A program made the position numbers and the translations under genes. A stretch of DNA of 64,000 nucleotides from Lepidodermella squamata (taxonomy: Eukaryota; Animalia; Gastrotricha). Of this stretch, positions 26,333-39,900 are shown in pieces; the stretch's first letter is position 1; each line of letters opens with the position of its first letter. The stretch lies in assembly GCA_047495785.1 (NCBI GenBank), contig JBLDXI010000060.1, positions 372,001 through 436,000 of the forward strand. Direction: 5' to 3'. The notes beneath the pieces were generated by a model. It saw nothing but the letters and a program-made list of their open reading frames with translations. It was not told the origin of the DNA and made no database searches.

Positions 26333-27141
26333 AGCCTGAAGTCTATATATAAAATAAGGTCCTTTATTTTCCTAAAATCAGTGAAACAAAAAATTAACTT
26401 GACGGATTAGAATGCGAGCGCCCATGGCTTGTATCTTATATCACTGCTTCTAGATTTTTCCATAAATATTTGTCACGCTTTTAGATAACTCAATATTTAT
26501 GATAATATATTTTTTTATTGAAATTTTTCTGAAGTTTTCAGAGTTTTTCAGAATTCTAGACTTAAGAGAGATCTATGGCAAATTTTATGTTTCTGCTGCT
26601 GATAATTTCTGATTTTCTCTGATATCTGCCTATACCACCCGATCGTACCATTCGAAAATCGACATGCCTGCCCGTGAAGATTTATTCCCGCTCTCGTTTT
26701 GCTATCTCCAGGCCGCGTTACATACGGTAATTTCCAAAACATTAATTTATTTTCCAATTGTATTTCTGATTTTTTTATTTGAGGCTATTCGAATGAAGTG
26801 AGCACTGCTTTTCACGACTCGTTCTCCGGCCTATTCGGCGTCGCACTTTTTCAGGGCCGCGAAAAATTACTGTTCAATGTGTTAACGATTCAGCTTCGGT
26901 GAGAAAAATTGAGTAATTAATTTTTAATGTAAACCAGGTCATTTTACGTTTATTTATTGTTTTTGAGAATATTTCTGCTAAATTTTTCAATTTGTTTAAA
27001 ATTCAGATTTCAATTTTGAAATTTTCAAAATAAGAATTTAAAAACTGCTTTGTTTAAATTTAAAATTTCTATTCGTAGGTTTCTGAAATGTTGGAGTTTT
27101 CTAAATATTGAATTTTTTGATAATTTCCTTTTAAATATTAG

Positions 27142-27726
27142 GTCTACATATTCAAACGAAATTCTGCTGGCAATGTGATATCTGCTTCATGCGTGACGAA
27201 CGCTTCACTGCCTGTTCTCGCGTCACTATTCCAGCGTGGCACAACAACAATTCGCCTTGCAGGCCATTCCGGCATCGATGGGGACGTATGAGTAGCCAGC
27301 ATTTACGTCCACCGGCTCGAACCCCGGTACTACTCGCTGAACCGCGGCGACTCTCAGGACGACTTTCCAATACCGGCGCTGATTGACGGGAATATTTTCC
27401 CGGAAATTACCGTTGACAACCTAACAACGTGCCGTTACATCCGGCACGGCGTGCCATCCCCCGACTACGGCACCAAAATCTACGTGATATTCACGAAAGA
27501 ACGGCTACGATAAATCGACCCCACGTCGGAGGAGATCAACGTCATGGGCTCGCTGTACATCAGCTGGGAGGTTACCACGTGCCGGCTAATTACACAGCGC
27601 CCGATGTCGACTTTGCCGAGCGATGAGCCGGCTGTTATCTGGCAGCCGCGAGTTGTTTTCGCCAATAGTTCAAACGATTTGCACGCGACAGGCCGGCAAT
27701 TTCTCGAACACACACAAATCATGTGA
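27142..27726 (+). pseudogene. Frameshifted coding exon of unknown function
   Basis: GC-rich coding-like island after acceptor ATATTAG (CWQCDIC...YVHRLEPRYY...GSLYISWEV...LEHTQIM*). Needs at least two frame changes. Confidence 0.4.
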
Positions 27727-28197
27727 GACAAATTTTTTTAATTGGAGTAAAATGCGTTAACAACCTTGATAATTTTTCTGAAAATTTGCCAGTATTTGCA
27801 AAACGTTTTTCATGATTTTTCTAATTACAAATTTTATTACGATTTCGTTGGGATTTTTGGAAAATTCAGAGAATTTTTGCTTAGTTTCAACAAATGTTGT
27901 AGCTATTTAAGCACCCAAAATTGGGCTTTTCATCGTTTCCAATAATTTTAAAAAATTTGTAAATTATTGACGCAGTTTGGAAAATGTTGGAAAATTTTTT
28001 GGTCACCCTGTTGCAGGTGGTAATTGTGAAGAAATGATGTGTTGTGAGCACGACAGCATTTTTCCATTTGCGATTGCATTATTGATTCGAAATTTCTGAA
28101 AATCATGGGGTTTCCGAACTCATGTATTTCATGTTAACATTTAGTGTTTGCTCCTTCTTTATATGTGGACGCCATTATACATGTAGAGTTATTTAAA

Positions 28198-28320
28198 GGG
28201 TTCTATGCCAATTGAGCAAACGAAAATTGAGCAACGAAAATTGAGCGAGCGCTTTTGAGCAACGATTTGAGCAACGATATAAGAGCAAACGAATTTAGAG
28301 CAAAGACAAGAGCAAATTGC
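28198..28320. repeat. Array of GAGCAA(A/C) subrepeats, probably a DNA-transposon (MULE-like) end
   Basis: About 8 copies of GAGC(A)A spaced 11-15 bp after GGGTTCTATGCC; no matching opposite end found. Confidence 0.5.
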
Positions 28321-29099
28321 GTTTACAATAAATAAGAGCTAAAATTAATTATTTAATTTGCCCTCGTGTCGTTTTGCTCTAATTTCGATCTCTATCGATT
28401 TTTATTCATTTACCCATTCATCAAACTAATCCAAAAAATCAACTAATTTGTTTATTCATTTTAGATTCATTTGCGGAGCTGTCCGTGCGGAGCTGTCGCA
28501 CGAGAGCGGATGGCAACCCGCCGGCACAGGTTAGTCTCTCTTAATTTTCTAACATTTATTTTATATTTCCTCGAATTTTCTAGGTTTTTACCAATGGAAA
28601 CGGCGCGGTTACATTGGCAATTTCAACTATTCGGCAACTAAAGACCTTTATTCGCCAACTGAACGCTGAATAGCAGTGACGTCAACCGGTGTCTTCACCT
28701 ATACTAATATAGCGACTCGCCATCGACCGCCATCCACCATCGACATGACTTTATGTCGCGATAAGTCCCGATTTAAGTGAGTCACCCTGATTTTTTTATT
28801 GATTTTGATTACCCTATCGAAATTAATCAAAATTTAAACTTGACGATTTTTCGTTCTCTCCTACTTATTATTCGCGTAATTGCTGTCGACTTTCTCGTAT
28901 TTCTTCTGGATTTAATGATCAATTAATAAATTTCAACGGAAACGTTTGCCCTCAAATTTTGAGGTACAGCAGCCATTTGAAGCCATTTGAAGTGAAGCGC
29001 GGTCACAAAAATGACCTTTATCGACATTTCAGCTGTATTTTCCGCAAAAAATATTTTACAAAATTTATATTTAAATTTGTTCGTTCTCAAAAATCCGTA

Positions 29100-30760
29100 T
29101 AAGCACAAGAAAATATAATCGAATTATAAGCAGCCCTTTAGGCTTTATGCATAAACTTTTCTCATCAGAGTAAAGAATTTGTATGTTCAGATCGCTCGTT
29201 TTTTTCAACGTTATAACGCCTGGAATTTTGAAAAAATTTCGGTAGATCAGGGTGTTTGAAAGCGAACTCGAAAGGCTTACATTTGTCCCGGTTGCTGTAA
29301 TCACGCTCGATATTGAGGCATCAAAGAAAGCCATCTGAGGCATCGATACATGTTTCAAATGCGATTTAATACGAAAAGCCCAGCCCAGCAAAAATATTCG
29401 CTTCTTTTGCGAACATCGCACAGTCGCTGGTTGAAAAGTGGGTTTTCGTGCCAGAAATTTAGTTCCATGATATTCTTGTGTCTTGTCTTCTATCAAATCA
29501 CTGATCTGATATTGTTCACCGTATGTCGGTATTTTTCTCCGATATGTTAACGTCTGGAATTGGAATTGGTTTGAAAGTGATTTCGACACGCTCACATTCG
29601 TTAGCTCGATATTGAGCAGAAAATCGCCATGATTTAGAGTCATCGATCCATGTTTACCGGGATTTCAGCGAAAAAGCCCATCATGACACAAATATCTGCT
29701 TCTTTAGTTTTGCTTTGTTGAATATTGGGAATATTGACTATTGGGACAAAATCAGCAGGCAGATTTACGCGTACAGCCAGTGACGAAGTTGCAACTTCGA
29801 ATTTTGGCATTTTTCAAGCGACCCTGAGAACCCGAATTGGGACATAACTTCGCGTAGAAACGGACAATTCGGTACCAGGTCCATTTTCAGGAAAATATGA
29901 AAGTGTGATATGGATATAAAAGTGTGATATCTGAAAACGAAACTTTTCAACGCTATCTTTCGCGGTAGTCTTCGCGGTTGTTCAAAAAAAGTCCCAATAT
30001 TTAGTAATTGACTTGAGGATATGTCAGACTTCGGTGCCTGTTTAATAGGTTGAATAAATCAATTCGATCCAAGTTAACAAATTTTGGGCCATTTGGGCCT
30101 TGCTTTGAACGAGTAACCTAGCAATTGAACTATAGGTTGAAGCATTCGTTCAAACTTCATCCTGACTTCTTTAATAACTACGCATAGAAACTGCGTTAAC
30201 GAGGTCCGCCACGGTATAAAAACGACGATTGAGGCAGGTTAGAAAAGTTCCATCATTCTGAGACATCGATCCTTCGTCCAATTGCAATTTGATCTGCAAG
30301 CGCATGGGGAAGTCGAATTCCAGCATCAGACATGATCGACAATCCGTTCCTTCACATTTTCAGCTTGGTCCTCTCTAAGGACTAGCATGTCTAACAGATT
30401 TTCAGATGGCAACTTCAAAGAATTTATCGTCAAAAAATTCGCCTACATTTTCAGAGAGTTATCTCGATATTTGTAGATGCCAACCGTTCCAATTTTGTCC
30501 AGTCCTCGAGACAGCTCATTTCCTGGTTCGATTCCCATCTCCCATCATCCCTGAGATCCTGTTTTTCAAATCGTTCATTGAAGTAGTTGTTGAGATTTGC
30601 TGAGAGTTCCTGCAATTCGGAATGATAGTTAGAATTCCGATGTGAGGTGAAAAGCCCAGCCCAGCACAAACATCGGCTCCTTTAGTTTTGCTATCTTGAT
30701 TATTGGGATTATTGGGAACCTTCCATTTCGAAGCAGTGAGCATTGCTGTTGACACTCCTG
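29100..30760 (-). pseudogene. Degenerate, internally triplicated coding-like sequence
   Basis: AAAAGCCCA(G/T)C..(G)CA(A/C)AAA(T/C)AT..GCT(T/C)CTTT recurs at ~29373, ~29672 and ~30650. Broken minus-strand ORFs with many stops. Confidence 0.35.
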
Positions 30761-31386
30761 CTAACTTTCATGATCAACCAATTCAGTGGTGCGCAAGAGA
30801 GTGCTCCGTCGAGGCATTTGACGGCTGGCCTTTGGCGGTCGGCTGGCCTTTGAGTTTTGCGACTGTTCGACGCTTGTTCCGTTAAAGATTTGATTTTAAA
30901 TAACCTCAATCTGCGATCTCAATTTTATGAAGTAATTTCGGTGATTAAGGTGGTGATTAAGGCGGCCGTTAAGGTACATTTCTGGCCGCCAAATTCACGG
31001 CGACCACGGATTTAAATAGATAAATAGCAATCTGTAAACCATAATTAACTATTCGCTGAAACTAACGCTGAAGTAATTTCCCGTCATTCTCATTTTTAGT
31101 TGCTGCTGTCGATATCGCCAGTAATGCCGACCACGACATATTGTTACCGACATGCTTAGCCATAGCCATTGGTCGACAGAATAGGCCAGATTGAACGGCT
31201 ACAAATCTCATTAACAATCTACAGCGTAAGTGTAAAAAGAGGCGACATTTTTTCTTAAAAATGTCTTCTTTCATGCTCATGCGTCATTTCTCGGTATTTT
31301 CTTCATCAGCGATCTCGATTTTGTTTTGATTTTGATTTTGAATTTTGTTTTGTCTTCACATTTTCCATTGATAACCTGTCTGTTCC

Positions 31387-32732
31387 GCACATTTACGGAT
31401 CCGCGGTGGTTTCCTCCGGCCACTAGAACGATGTGAAAGGCTATTTTTCCATAACAATTATTTGCTTGCACACTATTGGCCGATTCAAAAATTAACGCGG
31501 TAACCGCACTAATGCCACTGTGAGACAAAATAACCGTCGACTTTGCAGATTTGTCACAGATTTGTGGCTAATAGTCAAGACCGACGCAATTATTAAGAAA
31601 CACATTCTCACAAACTGTAAAAAATGACTTTTAGCGAAAATTATCCCACTAAGAAATTTGTAAATTTCGAACGAATTTCTCAAATTTAACAATCAGTTAT
31701 TGGAGAAAATAAACTAAGGCTTCGATTTGCAAGCAATTTGAACTATTTATATTCAAAAAATCACGCCTTGGCATAATTCAAAACTATAAAAAATTACCCA
31801 TTATCAATTTTCTGCTTTTAAATCGATGGTCACAAATTTAGTTATAATTTTCCATTGGATGTTGGAAAGTATGCTATCCTATTTTTTAAAATTTTCAGAG
31901 CTCAATTTTATCGCCCATTTTTGTCGAAAAAACCGTAATGCCCATTCATAATTTAGTGTAGTAGTGACCTAATTAATTATTGTGCGGAGTGTTTGCGTGG
32001 TGCAAAACAAAAAATAGTGAGAGCAAATTTTATTGCTATGTGATATTGCTACTGCAGAAAAAACGAATAAAGCCACGAAAGCAGCGCGAATGAACGTAAA
32101 CTGCAATACTGTAATGACAGTAATGACAACCTTACCCTTGACGAAAAAAATTAATCTCGGTTTTATTAAACATTTTTTTTTTGATATTCCAAGTCCGCCT
32201 GAAAAAACCCGGGTTCAGGATTGTAAATAGTGATAACAAGCAGCCTGTTGATTTCATTATCGAGTGCAGCTGAATTTTGCGTCCAGTTTTCAGCGATCCC
32301 AATTGATAATTATTGTTGAATGTTATGGCGATCGAGTTGGGTGATTTTTTCCAATTTTTTCTAATTTTCAGCAAGGAGTCAAAGGCGTCAATAATGTTGA
32401 AATTCGAAATTAGAGTAAAATTCACAACCTCTGCTCATTTTTCAATTATTGATTTCACTGGATTTGGGAGTTTTTTTAGGAAAAATGTTTCAATCATCCT
32501 AAAAAAATTCACTTTCAACAGCGTCTGAAAATGAGTCTCTTATATTTGCGCCGGTCTGCATTATTAGCCATGAATTAGTCGACGGTTATTTTGTTTCGCA
32601 GCGGCATTAATGCGACTCCCGCGTTTATTTCTGAATCGACCAATAGCGTGCGAGCAAATAATTGTGAGAGAAAACTATCCTTTCACAGTGGTTTAGTGGC
32701 CGGAGGAAACCACCGCGGATCCGTAAATGTGC
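31387..32732. mobile_element. Non-autonomous DNA transposon with ~155-bp TIRs and 9-bp TSD (MULE-like)
   Basis: TIR GCACATTTACGGATCCGCGGTGGTTTCCTCCGGCCACTA; TSD GTCTGTTCC at 31378-31386 and 32733-32741. Confidence 0.88.
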
Positions 32733-32845
32733 GTCTGTTCCATTGATTGTGGCTGTCTCCTTAAATAAACAACTAAATTAATCATCTCTCATTTCATTTT
32801 TTCAGGTTACGAATCGAAACGAACGACCGCTGTTCCATCGTAAAA

Positions 32846-32957
32846 TTGATTATTCATCGCCGATACTTGATACTGATCTGTGATTTTCACTCTTATTTTG
32901 TATTGATTATTCATCGCCGATACTTGATACTGATCTGTGATTTTCACTCTTATTTTG
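32846..32957. repeat. Tandem duplication of a ~57-bp unit
   Basis: TTGATTATTCATCGCCGATACTTGATACTGATCTGTGATTTTCACTCTTATTTTG occurs twice. Confidence 0.9.
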
Positions 32958-33495
32958 TTTCTTGACTATTATTTATATCATGTCGAATGAAGCTTTACGT
33001 TCCAAACTCCATTTTCCGCCGACCCAGGCAGTAATAGGGTAGAGATGCCGCCTCAATGCTCGGCTATGCAGTTAAATAGCCACCGACGTTGGAAAAGTCG
33101 GTATAAACTTCCACCGTCCCGGCTCAGACGGCGAAAAGGACCACGTCTTGGTGAGACGGTAAAAAAAACTCCGACGATGGGAAGGTCGGTAAAAACTTCC
33201 CAAATGAGGGCTGAGCAACCAGGGCCCTCACTGTGAGTTATCACAAGTACCAAGCTGGAAGGGAACCTGTGACGATCTCTTAGGCATCTTGAGGTCAGAG
33301 GTTTTTCGCCCATTTTTCCAATGCTCAAACCGTGCTTGAAATTCCAATAAATTAAAGAATGAATGAATGGTGGATTAATCATGAAAATTAGATAATTGAT
33401 TGGCGAGGCTTGTTTCCCATTTAGAAAGATTTTAACTGGTCAATTTCGACTGATCATTCACTTCTACTACTACTACCTCTACCACTGCTACTAAA

Positions 33496-36066
33496 ATGAC
33501 AAGATCCACTTTCGATAATAGCCAGAAGCCCCCCAAAAGCAAGTCAGCAACGTGTTCAAAATGCGGCAAAAGTGGCTTCAAGATATCTAGTCATTGCTCT
33601 CAATGTAACGATCACCATGCCGCACGACCTTGCCCAGCTGCTGCGACCTCAAATACAGCTGCGCCGTCAGTGGGTTCCGAGGTGCCATCGGTAGTGCCTG
33701 GTTACCAAACGGCGGGATCTCCAGCAGGTATGTAATGGATTTGCATGATAGCACAACTGTTTTTTATATTTTTTTCGCCATAAGCAGGCAGTAAAAGTTC
33801 TATGGGCATTTCAAGTGAATTCTCGGGGCAAACAATTTAGAAATTTACAACGTCAGTATTTCAGAAAATCTCGCGTCATTCTTCTTAGTTGAGGAAAGGG
33901 ATGATGACAACATCAGAAAAGGGGGAATGAGTTAGAATTTTTAATAATTTTTAAATACTTCCGCGTTTAATAATTTTTAATGATTTTTTGAATAATTAAT
34001 TTGAAATTGGTGACATTTTTGATCCAGACATTCAAGGCAATAACGACCGCGTTTCGTCTACTACGCCGCAACAATCGCCGCCACCAATTGGAACGTCAGC
34101 TTCTGAGCCGGAGTCTCAAAATCATCGTCGCTCTTTTGCTGATGTCGTGTCCGGCCGAATCGGCATCGCTGGACCGGATTTGGCCAGGAGATTGGCGGGC
34201 GACGCATTTCCTTACACTGATTCAGCCTACAACAGGGATGATGGTGCTACAAGTGAGTTTTTGTTAGAAGTGATCATTAATGGCCTGAATGTTGCGCGTT
34301 CTGGGACATGACTTGATTTATTTGATTCGAAATTGCTATTTACCGATATTTTTGCTTCATTTTTTTCTTCTCTCCAAAGGTTGAAATGCCACATGTAAAA
34401 ATTTTTCGCGGTCATTAATTTTCCGTTTGATCTCTTCATTCGGTGTTTTTCTGGGAATACTGAAATTTAAATTAAATTAAATTATTAATTCTTTCTTAAA
34501 TTACCATATTAATTTTGTACTCAGCGGGCAACCTAAAACCAAAGTTAAATCCATTGAAATTCAATGTACTGGCCATAATTATCCAAAACCAAAATTTAAT
34601 GACCGCCGTATTAAATTAGTGGATTTTGTACTATACAGGGTGTCTCCTAAGTAACGCAATCAAATAAAATACACGGAAAAAACGATCAAAAACTCTAAAA
34701 TGAGAGACCAAGTCACATCTAATGGCCGGAAAATATTCGAAAAAATTCAAAAATCACCAAAATAGTAATCAAGAATATGGCATGTTGGTGGGATTGGTCA
34801 AACCGGGTAAAATACCGAAAATTACTGAACCATTACCATCGGGATTTTCCGGGTATTCTCGGGTAAATTTAGAATTTATTGGTTAAATCGCGGGTAAAAT
34901 TTGGATTATTCTCTCAGCAGGTTTGATTTGAATATAATTAGTTTAATCTCCTAAAAAAGTTGTTTCATTAAAAAATGATGCGCAACTTTTAGGACACTCT
35001 GTAGTAGTAGTATGAATATCCACTCAATTCACTTTTAGATTCAAATTCATTTTAGATTTTCCATCGATTTCAGTGAATTAGAAAATAAATTCCGGGACAT
35101 TTTTTAAATTTGGAATATTCAGATGTAGCAACTGTCGGAACATAGCTAGTATTAGTTTTGTGGAGCGTTATATTGTGATCGAAACGAACACAAATTTAAC
35201 CTCGCTGAAATTCCACGCTTTATTTCAAGTTATTGCTCAATTAACTTGGCGAAAGTTTCTCAATTAGGGAACTTTTGCTCGAAAATAGGTGACCGAGAGA
35301 AGCAAACACGCTGCAAATTATGGTATTCTGCTAAATTACTGCTGATATTAGCGGGATTATTCAGTAAATCCTTGACCAAAGCAGCCGAATAATGCCCTAT
35401 TTTATAGATTGCTTGGCAGTTTCACCTGACATCGCCTTGATGATTCCAGCTGCATTGCCACCCCTTCCCGATGGCGAATGGTTGAAGGAAGCAGCTCGAA
35501 TCAATAGGCTGGAAATTGTCGACAACCCTGCTCGAGGCGACTGCCAATTTTACGCAGTTTCCGACGCGGCCAGGCGTGTCGGAATTGTGTATGATTTCAT
35601 GCAGCTGCGGAGGTTAGCCCAAAGTCGCCTTTCTACCGGCTCCTATGACCACCTGTGGGCCTACGACCCTTTGGCGATGCAGGATGCGAGGAATTGCGGC
35701 CAGCCATTGCCTAGTACGAGTATGGCCGAGTTGACACGGCGTATCGGCATGCCTGCGAGACATGGCGGGGACTGGGGCGATAACATTTCCTTGTTATCGG
35801 TCGCAGATGGGCTTGGGGTTACCGTCAAGTTGTTCGATGCTAGAAGCCGAAACATTTTTTCCTACGGAAATGGCTCGGCTGTTATTCACATTGCGTACGA
35901 CGGCAGTGGGCACTATGTTGCTCTGTTACCAGTGTTACGTTCTGAACCTGAAAGACCAGATCAATGCTCAATTAGCAGCCCGATGGAAATTCCGGCTCCA
36001 AGATCCGCGGCCGGTGTCCATTCAGTGGAACCAAATTGCGGAGCCAAATTTCATTTCGGGAATTAA
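33496..36066 (+). CDS. Zn-finger + OTU cysteine protease protein (exons 33496-33727, 34028-34252, 35409-~36013/36066); N-terminal part of a Helitron-like polyprotein
   Basis: CSKC...HCSQCNDHH...C; phase-1 introns with GTATG and GTGAG donors join in frame. OTU catalytic motifs NPARGDCQFYAVS, WGDNISL, HIAYDGSGHY. Further upstream exons (~33.0-33.2 kb) are possible. Confidence 0.8.
34636..35001. mobile_element. Tc1/mariner-type MITE in intron 2 of the OTU gene
   Basis: TA|CAGGGTGTC...GACACTCTG|TA: TA TSD with imperfect TIRs. Confidence 0.75.
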
Positions 36067-36908
36067 TTGGCTAAAAATTCGTTCTCCAAATTTGCTCTTA
36101 TTTCACGATTAATTTGAAAAAATTGTAAGTTATGATATTATCTGTGATTTTTACTACGTATAAGGCAGGTAAAATAATAAAAATAAAAATAATTCAAAAC
36201 AAATTTATAGTATCAACTAGGCTTCCTTGATGATTTCTCGTATTTTTACCTTTCATGATTCGACGTTGGTTATTATTTCTTGATGCGCAAAGAGAATGGG
36301 CGATTTTTTAGCTATCAATTAATAATTATACTGCAATTTGTGTGGGGAAATTTGTCAAGTAATACCTTGAAAAATAATAATAAAAACACCAAAAATGGCG
36401 TCTCGACAAATTTCCAACGCGGAGAAGCCTTGAGTTCAAAGTCGTTAGCAGCCAGGAAAGCACAAAAATTCGGTCGGAAACAATTACGAAAACTCTTCGC
36501 GAAAAATTTGCACATTTGTTTCAATCGCGATTAAATTCGCCCAGGCACTGAATAAAGGCTAGGCATCCTATCCGGTAAGACAGAAAATTGATCACGTTGG
36601 GAATGAGTCGCAAATTACCCACGTTAACAGGATTTAATTGTTTTAGTTCTCTCAAAATCACGATAAACTGTTAAAATAAGTAAAAACAAGCTAATCACTG
36701 TTATTTAACAATGGAGTAATTACCATCATTTACCATTCGATGAAAACTTTCTTCACTTATCGAAACGTAACAGATTAGTTTATTTGAACTCCATGGCTTG
36801 GTCCAGCGTTTAAAATGTTTCACGCCATTTATTCCAAAACATTTTCAACTCCTTTTTAGCTACAATTATGAAACAATTATTAATGGATTTTTCGCCATTT
36901 TTCAACAG

Positions 36909-39900
36909 GTGTCGTCGGAGCTGTATTCGATCCTAATAGGACACGATACCAGTTTGCTCAAGCATGGCGGTTATTCACGCCCGAACAGTGTCAGCTGGCT
37001 CGCGAGTACAGAGAATCCAACCTTGTACCGGGTGCAACAGAAAGATTCAACATCAGACCTGCGGAATTGCTGATTTTCTACAACGTCGACATCTTTCATC
37101 GCGTTTTTGTTTTCGTCCCAGCAGACAAGAAAGCTGAGCTGTTGGAAGACCCAACCAAATCTCCATTTATAGACGCACTCGGTCGGCACTATAAAGTTCG
37201 CAAATGCAGCATCAAACTCGGCTTGGAGTTTCTGCTAAAACAGGATCAAGATCACCCAGCAGTTGCACCGCTGCTTGCCATCTTCATGGCGTTAGCTCAA
37301 GGTGATGTTGAAATGACGACTCGCTACGTAAAACCGACTAATTCTGTCGCCGCCGTCACCGTTCCGTCAAACGTCACACCGAACAATCGCTTCAAGTTTC
37401 TTTACCATTGTATTATGACGCTTGGCTCGATGGAGAATGAACTGCAGGCGATCGCCTTTCGCGACATGCGGCGAAATTTTGCGAACGTCGGCCTTGTTAC
37501 CTATGACGAAGCGAACGATACGTTTCCCAACCTGGAGGCTGAAGTGAAAAACATTTTTCGCCGGCTTATCCTTGAACAGCTGGCCTGGATGCCTGTGTCG
37601 GCGAAAAAGCTGGGAATGTACATCGAGAAAATTCGTGCGATATTGCATGATTTCTTTTTCGTTTCCGGAAGCCTGGATTCCGATTATCCCTCCATTTCTT
37701 CGGTGATTTTGAAGGCCAGAGCATCTCAACAGATCGAAAGTGCTGAGAGGCTCTACCGCGAAGTCCTGGCCGAGGTGACACACGGACAGCTTACTGGTAA
37801 ACTGGATCTCCCTCCGCTGGCTGATATCGTCGAAGCCAGTGTCGCTAATCCTGTTCAATGGCAACCGGTTCTTCAGCGATCGCCAGGTTCTATATTTAAA
37901 ACATTCTATGTTGCATTGTTAATAAATTCTCTTTTTCCAGGTCAAACTGATGCCTCGCTGGACCAACAACGTGAAGCTTTGTCTCACGCTCTACGCAAAA
38001 TCGATTTTTTGCAACAACACCGAGCAAAGTTTAATCATTCCGTTTTCGTCGGTCCTCCGGGTGCTGGAAAAACCTATCTCCTTCAAACAGTTGTTCTCTA
38101 TGCAATGGCTAGAGGTCACAACGTTTGTCTCACGGCGCTGACTTCGGAGCGAGCGCGTTCACTGGGCGGACGTCACCTGCACCTGGTGTTCCCAATGCGA
38201 GTCAACACATCAACTTACTCGCACGCTATTCTCGAGTCTCAGGACTGCATTATGGCGCTCGGCAGGGACCCGGTCAAAGCCCAGCTCATCTACCGGACAG
38301 ACGTCTTCTTCATTGAAGAAATCGGTTTGGTATCAGCGGAGATGTTTGCCCTTCTCGACGCTGTACTTCGATATACAATGGGAAATGACCTCAAATTCGG
38401 CGGCAAGCTTGTCATTGCAACAGGTTCATTTCGGCTATTTTTTTAATTTCTCTGACACTTGTTTTCTATTCTAACTGTTTAGGTGACTTTGCGCAACTGC
38501 AGCCAATCAAAGTATGCTTATTTTTTCAACTTGTGATGTTTTTTACTCTATTTTTCTCAGGGTCGGCCGTTTTGGGTATCCAGCAGCCTGATGTTTTCGT
38601 TCGACGTTGTGATGCTATCACACTATGTGAGAGCCGCGCAGGATCCTCAACTTCAAGGCATCCTCGACCTTTTACGCCAGCCCAGTCTAAATGACATCCA
38701 GCGTAACGAGGTGTCCCAAACGATCTTGGCAAGAGCTCGCTTTTACAACAGCTGGGACGAAGCGCCTGACAATTTGATTCGGATAGTGACCACGCGGGCG
38801 GCTGAAAAAGAAGTTATCGAAGAGTTCATTGCGAGAAAACGCCGGCAGGTTGCTGTTGTTGACTGTGAGTCGATAGACGAGTTCCAATCGGGTTCACAGC
38901 CTTTCATGGCTACGACGAATCAGAATTTCATTAGGAAGCTCGATAAGATTTGTCTTGAACCTCGAAAGCTGTCGTTGTTTGTTGGCGAGCTGCTCTGCAT
39001 GACCTACAACAACATATCAAACGAACCCATGCAGACGTTCTCGCAAGGTCAGCTTGCCATTGTCGTCGCTATCCCGGACAACATCAAGGATAGGCAGGCT
39101 CGTGTCACTGTTCGGCTTGTTCCGCCGGGCCAGCGAGCAGCGGCTGTTGTGGATCCTACTTGGCCTCTCATACAAGTCCCGCGACATGCTGGGATGCCAA
39201 TCATCGTTGGCCTTGATGCTAAACGCGCCCGCCGAGTTCAGTTTCCCTTCCGCTACTACGTACATTTTTCACGCCTCTTCATGTACATGTTCAAAATCAC
39301 ATTCTTTTTCAGCTTTGCACGACGGTCCACCGAATTATGGGCACTACTGTCGAAGAGGGCGTAGTTATCCAGGTGTCCGATGTCGTCAGGTCACAGCGCA
39401 TGTGGGAAAAGGCGCAACTGCTGGTGATGGTGTCTCGGTGTCGTAATTTGGACCGTGTCGGTTTTGTCACATCGAGCCAACAAGCTACGGCTAATGCGAT
39501 CGATTCGATATTGACAAAAGACAACCCCTACGATGGCGCCATCATGTCTCGATTGGCTCAACTCGACATCCTCACCGTCCGGCAGCCTGTGGTTAGCATC
39601 ACCGACCCGGTCTTCTACGTCACAAATTCGGTCGTGCCAATCGTTGACTGGGGCGTCGTTTACCACCTGATTTCGGAAACGCGCCCGTATGTTTCCTATA
39701 TTGGGCAAACTGAACGTTCGGCCGAGGAGCGCCTCAGGGAGCACAATAATGGTAACGGCGCCAACTTCACCCGAGGTGACAAGTGGCTATTGCTTGGCAT
39801 AGTCTATGGCTTTACCTCGGATGAGGCTCGCATGCGACTTGAGCGGGACATCCACCGTGCTCTGAGACCTGATCTTCTGCCATGGCAAGTTCGTGCAGTT

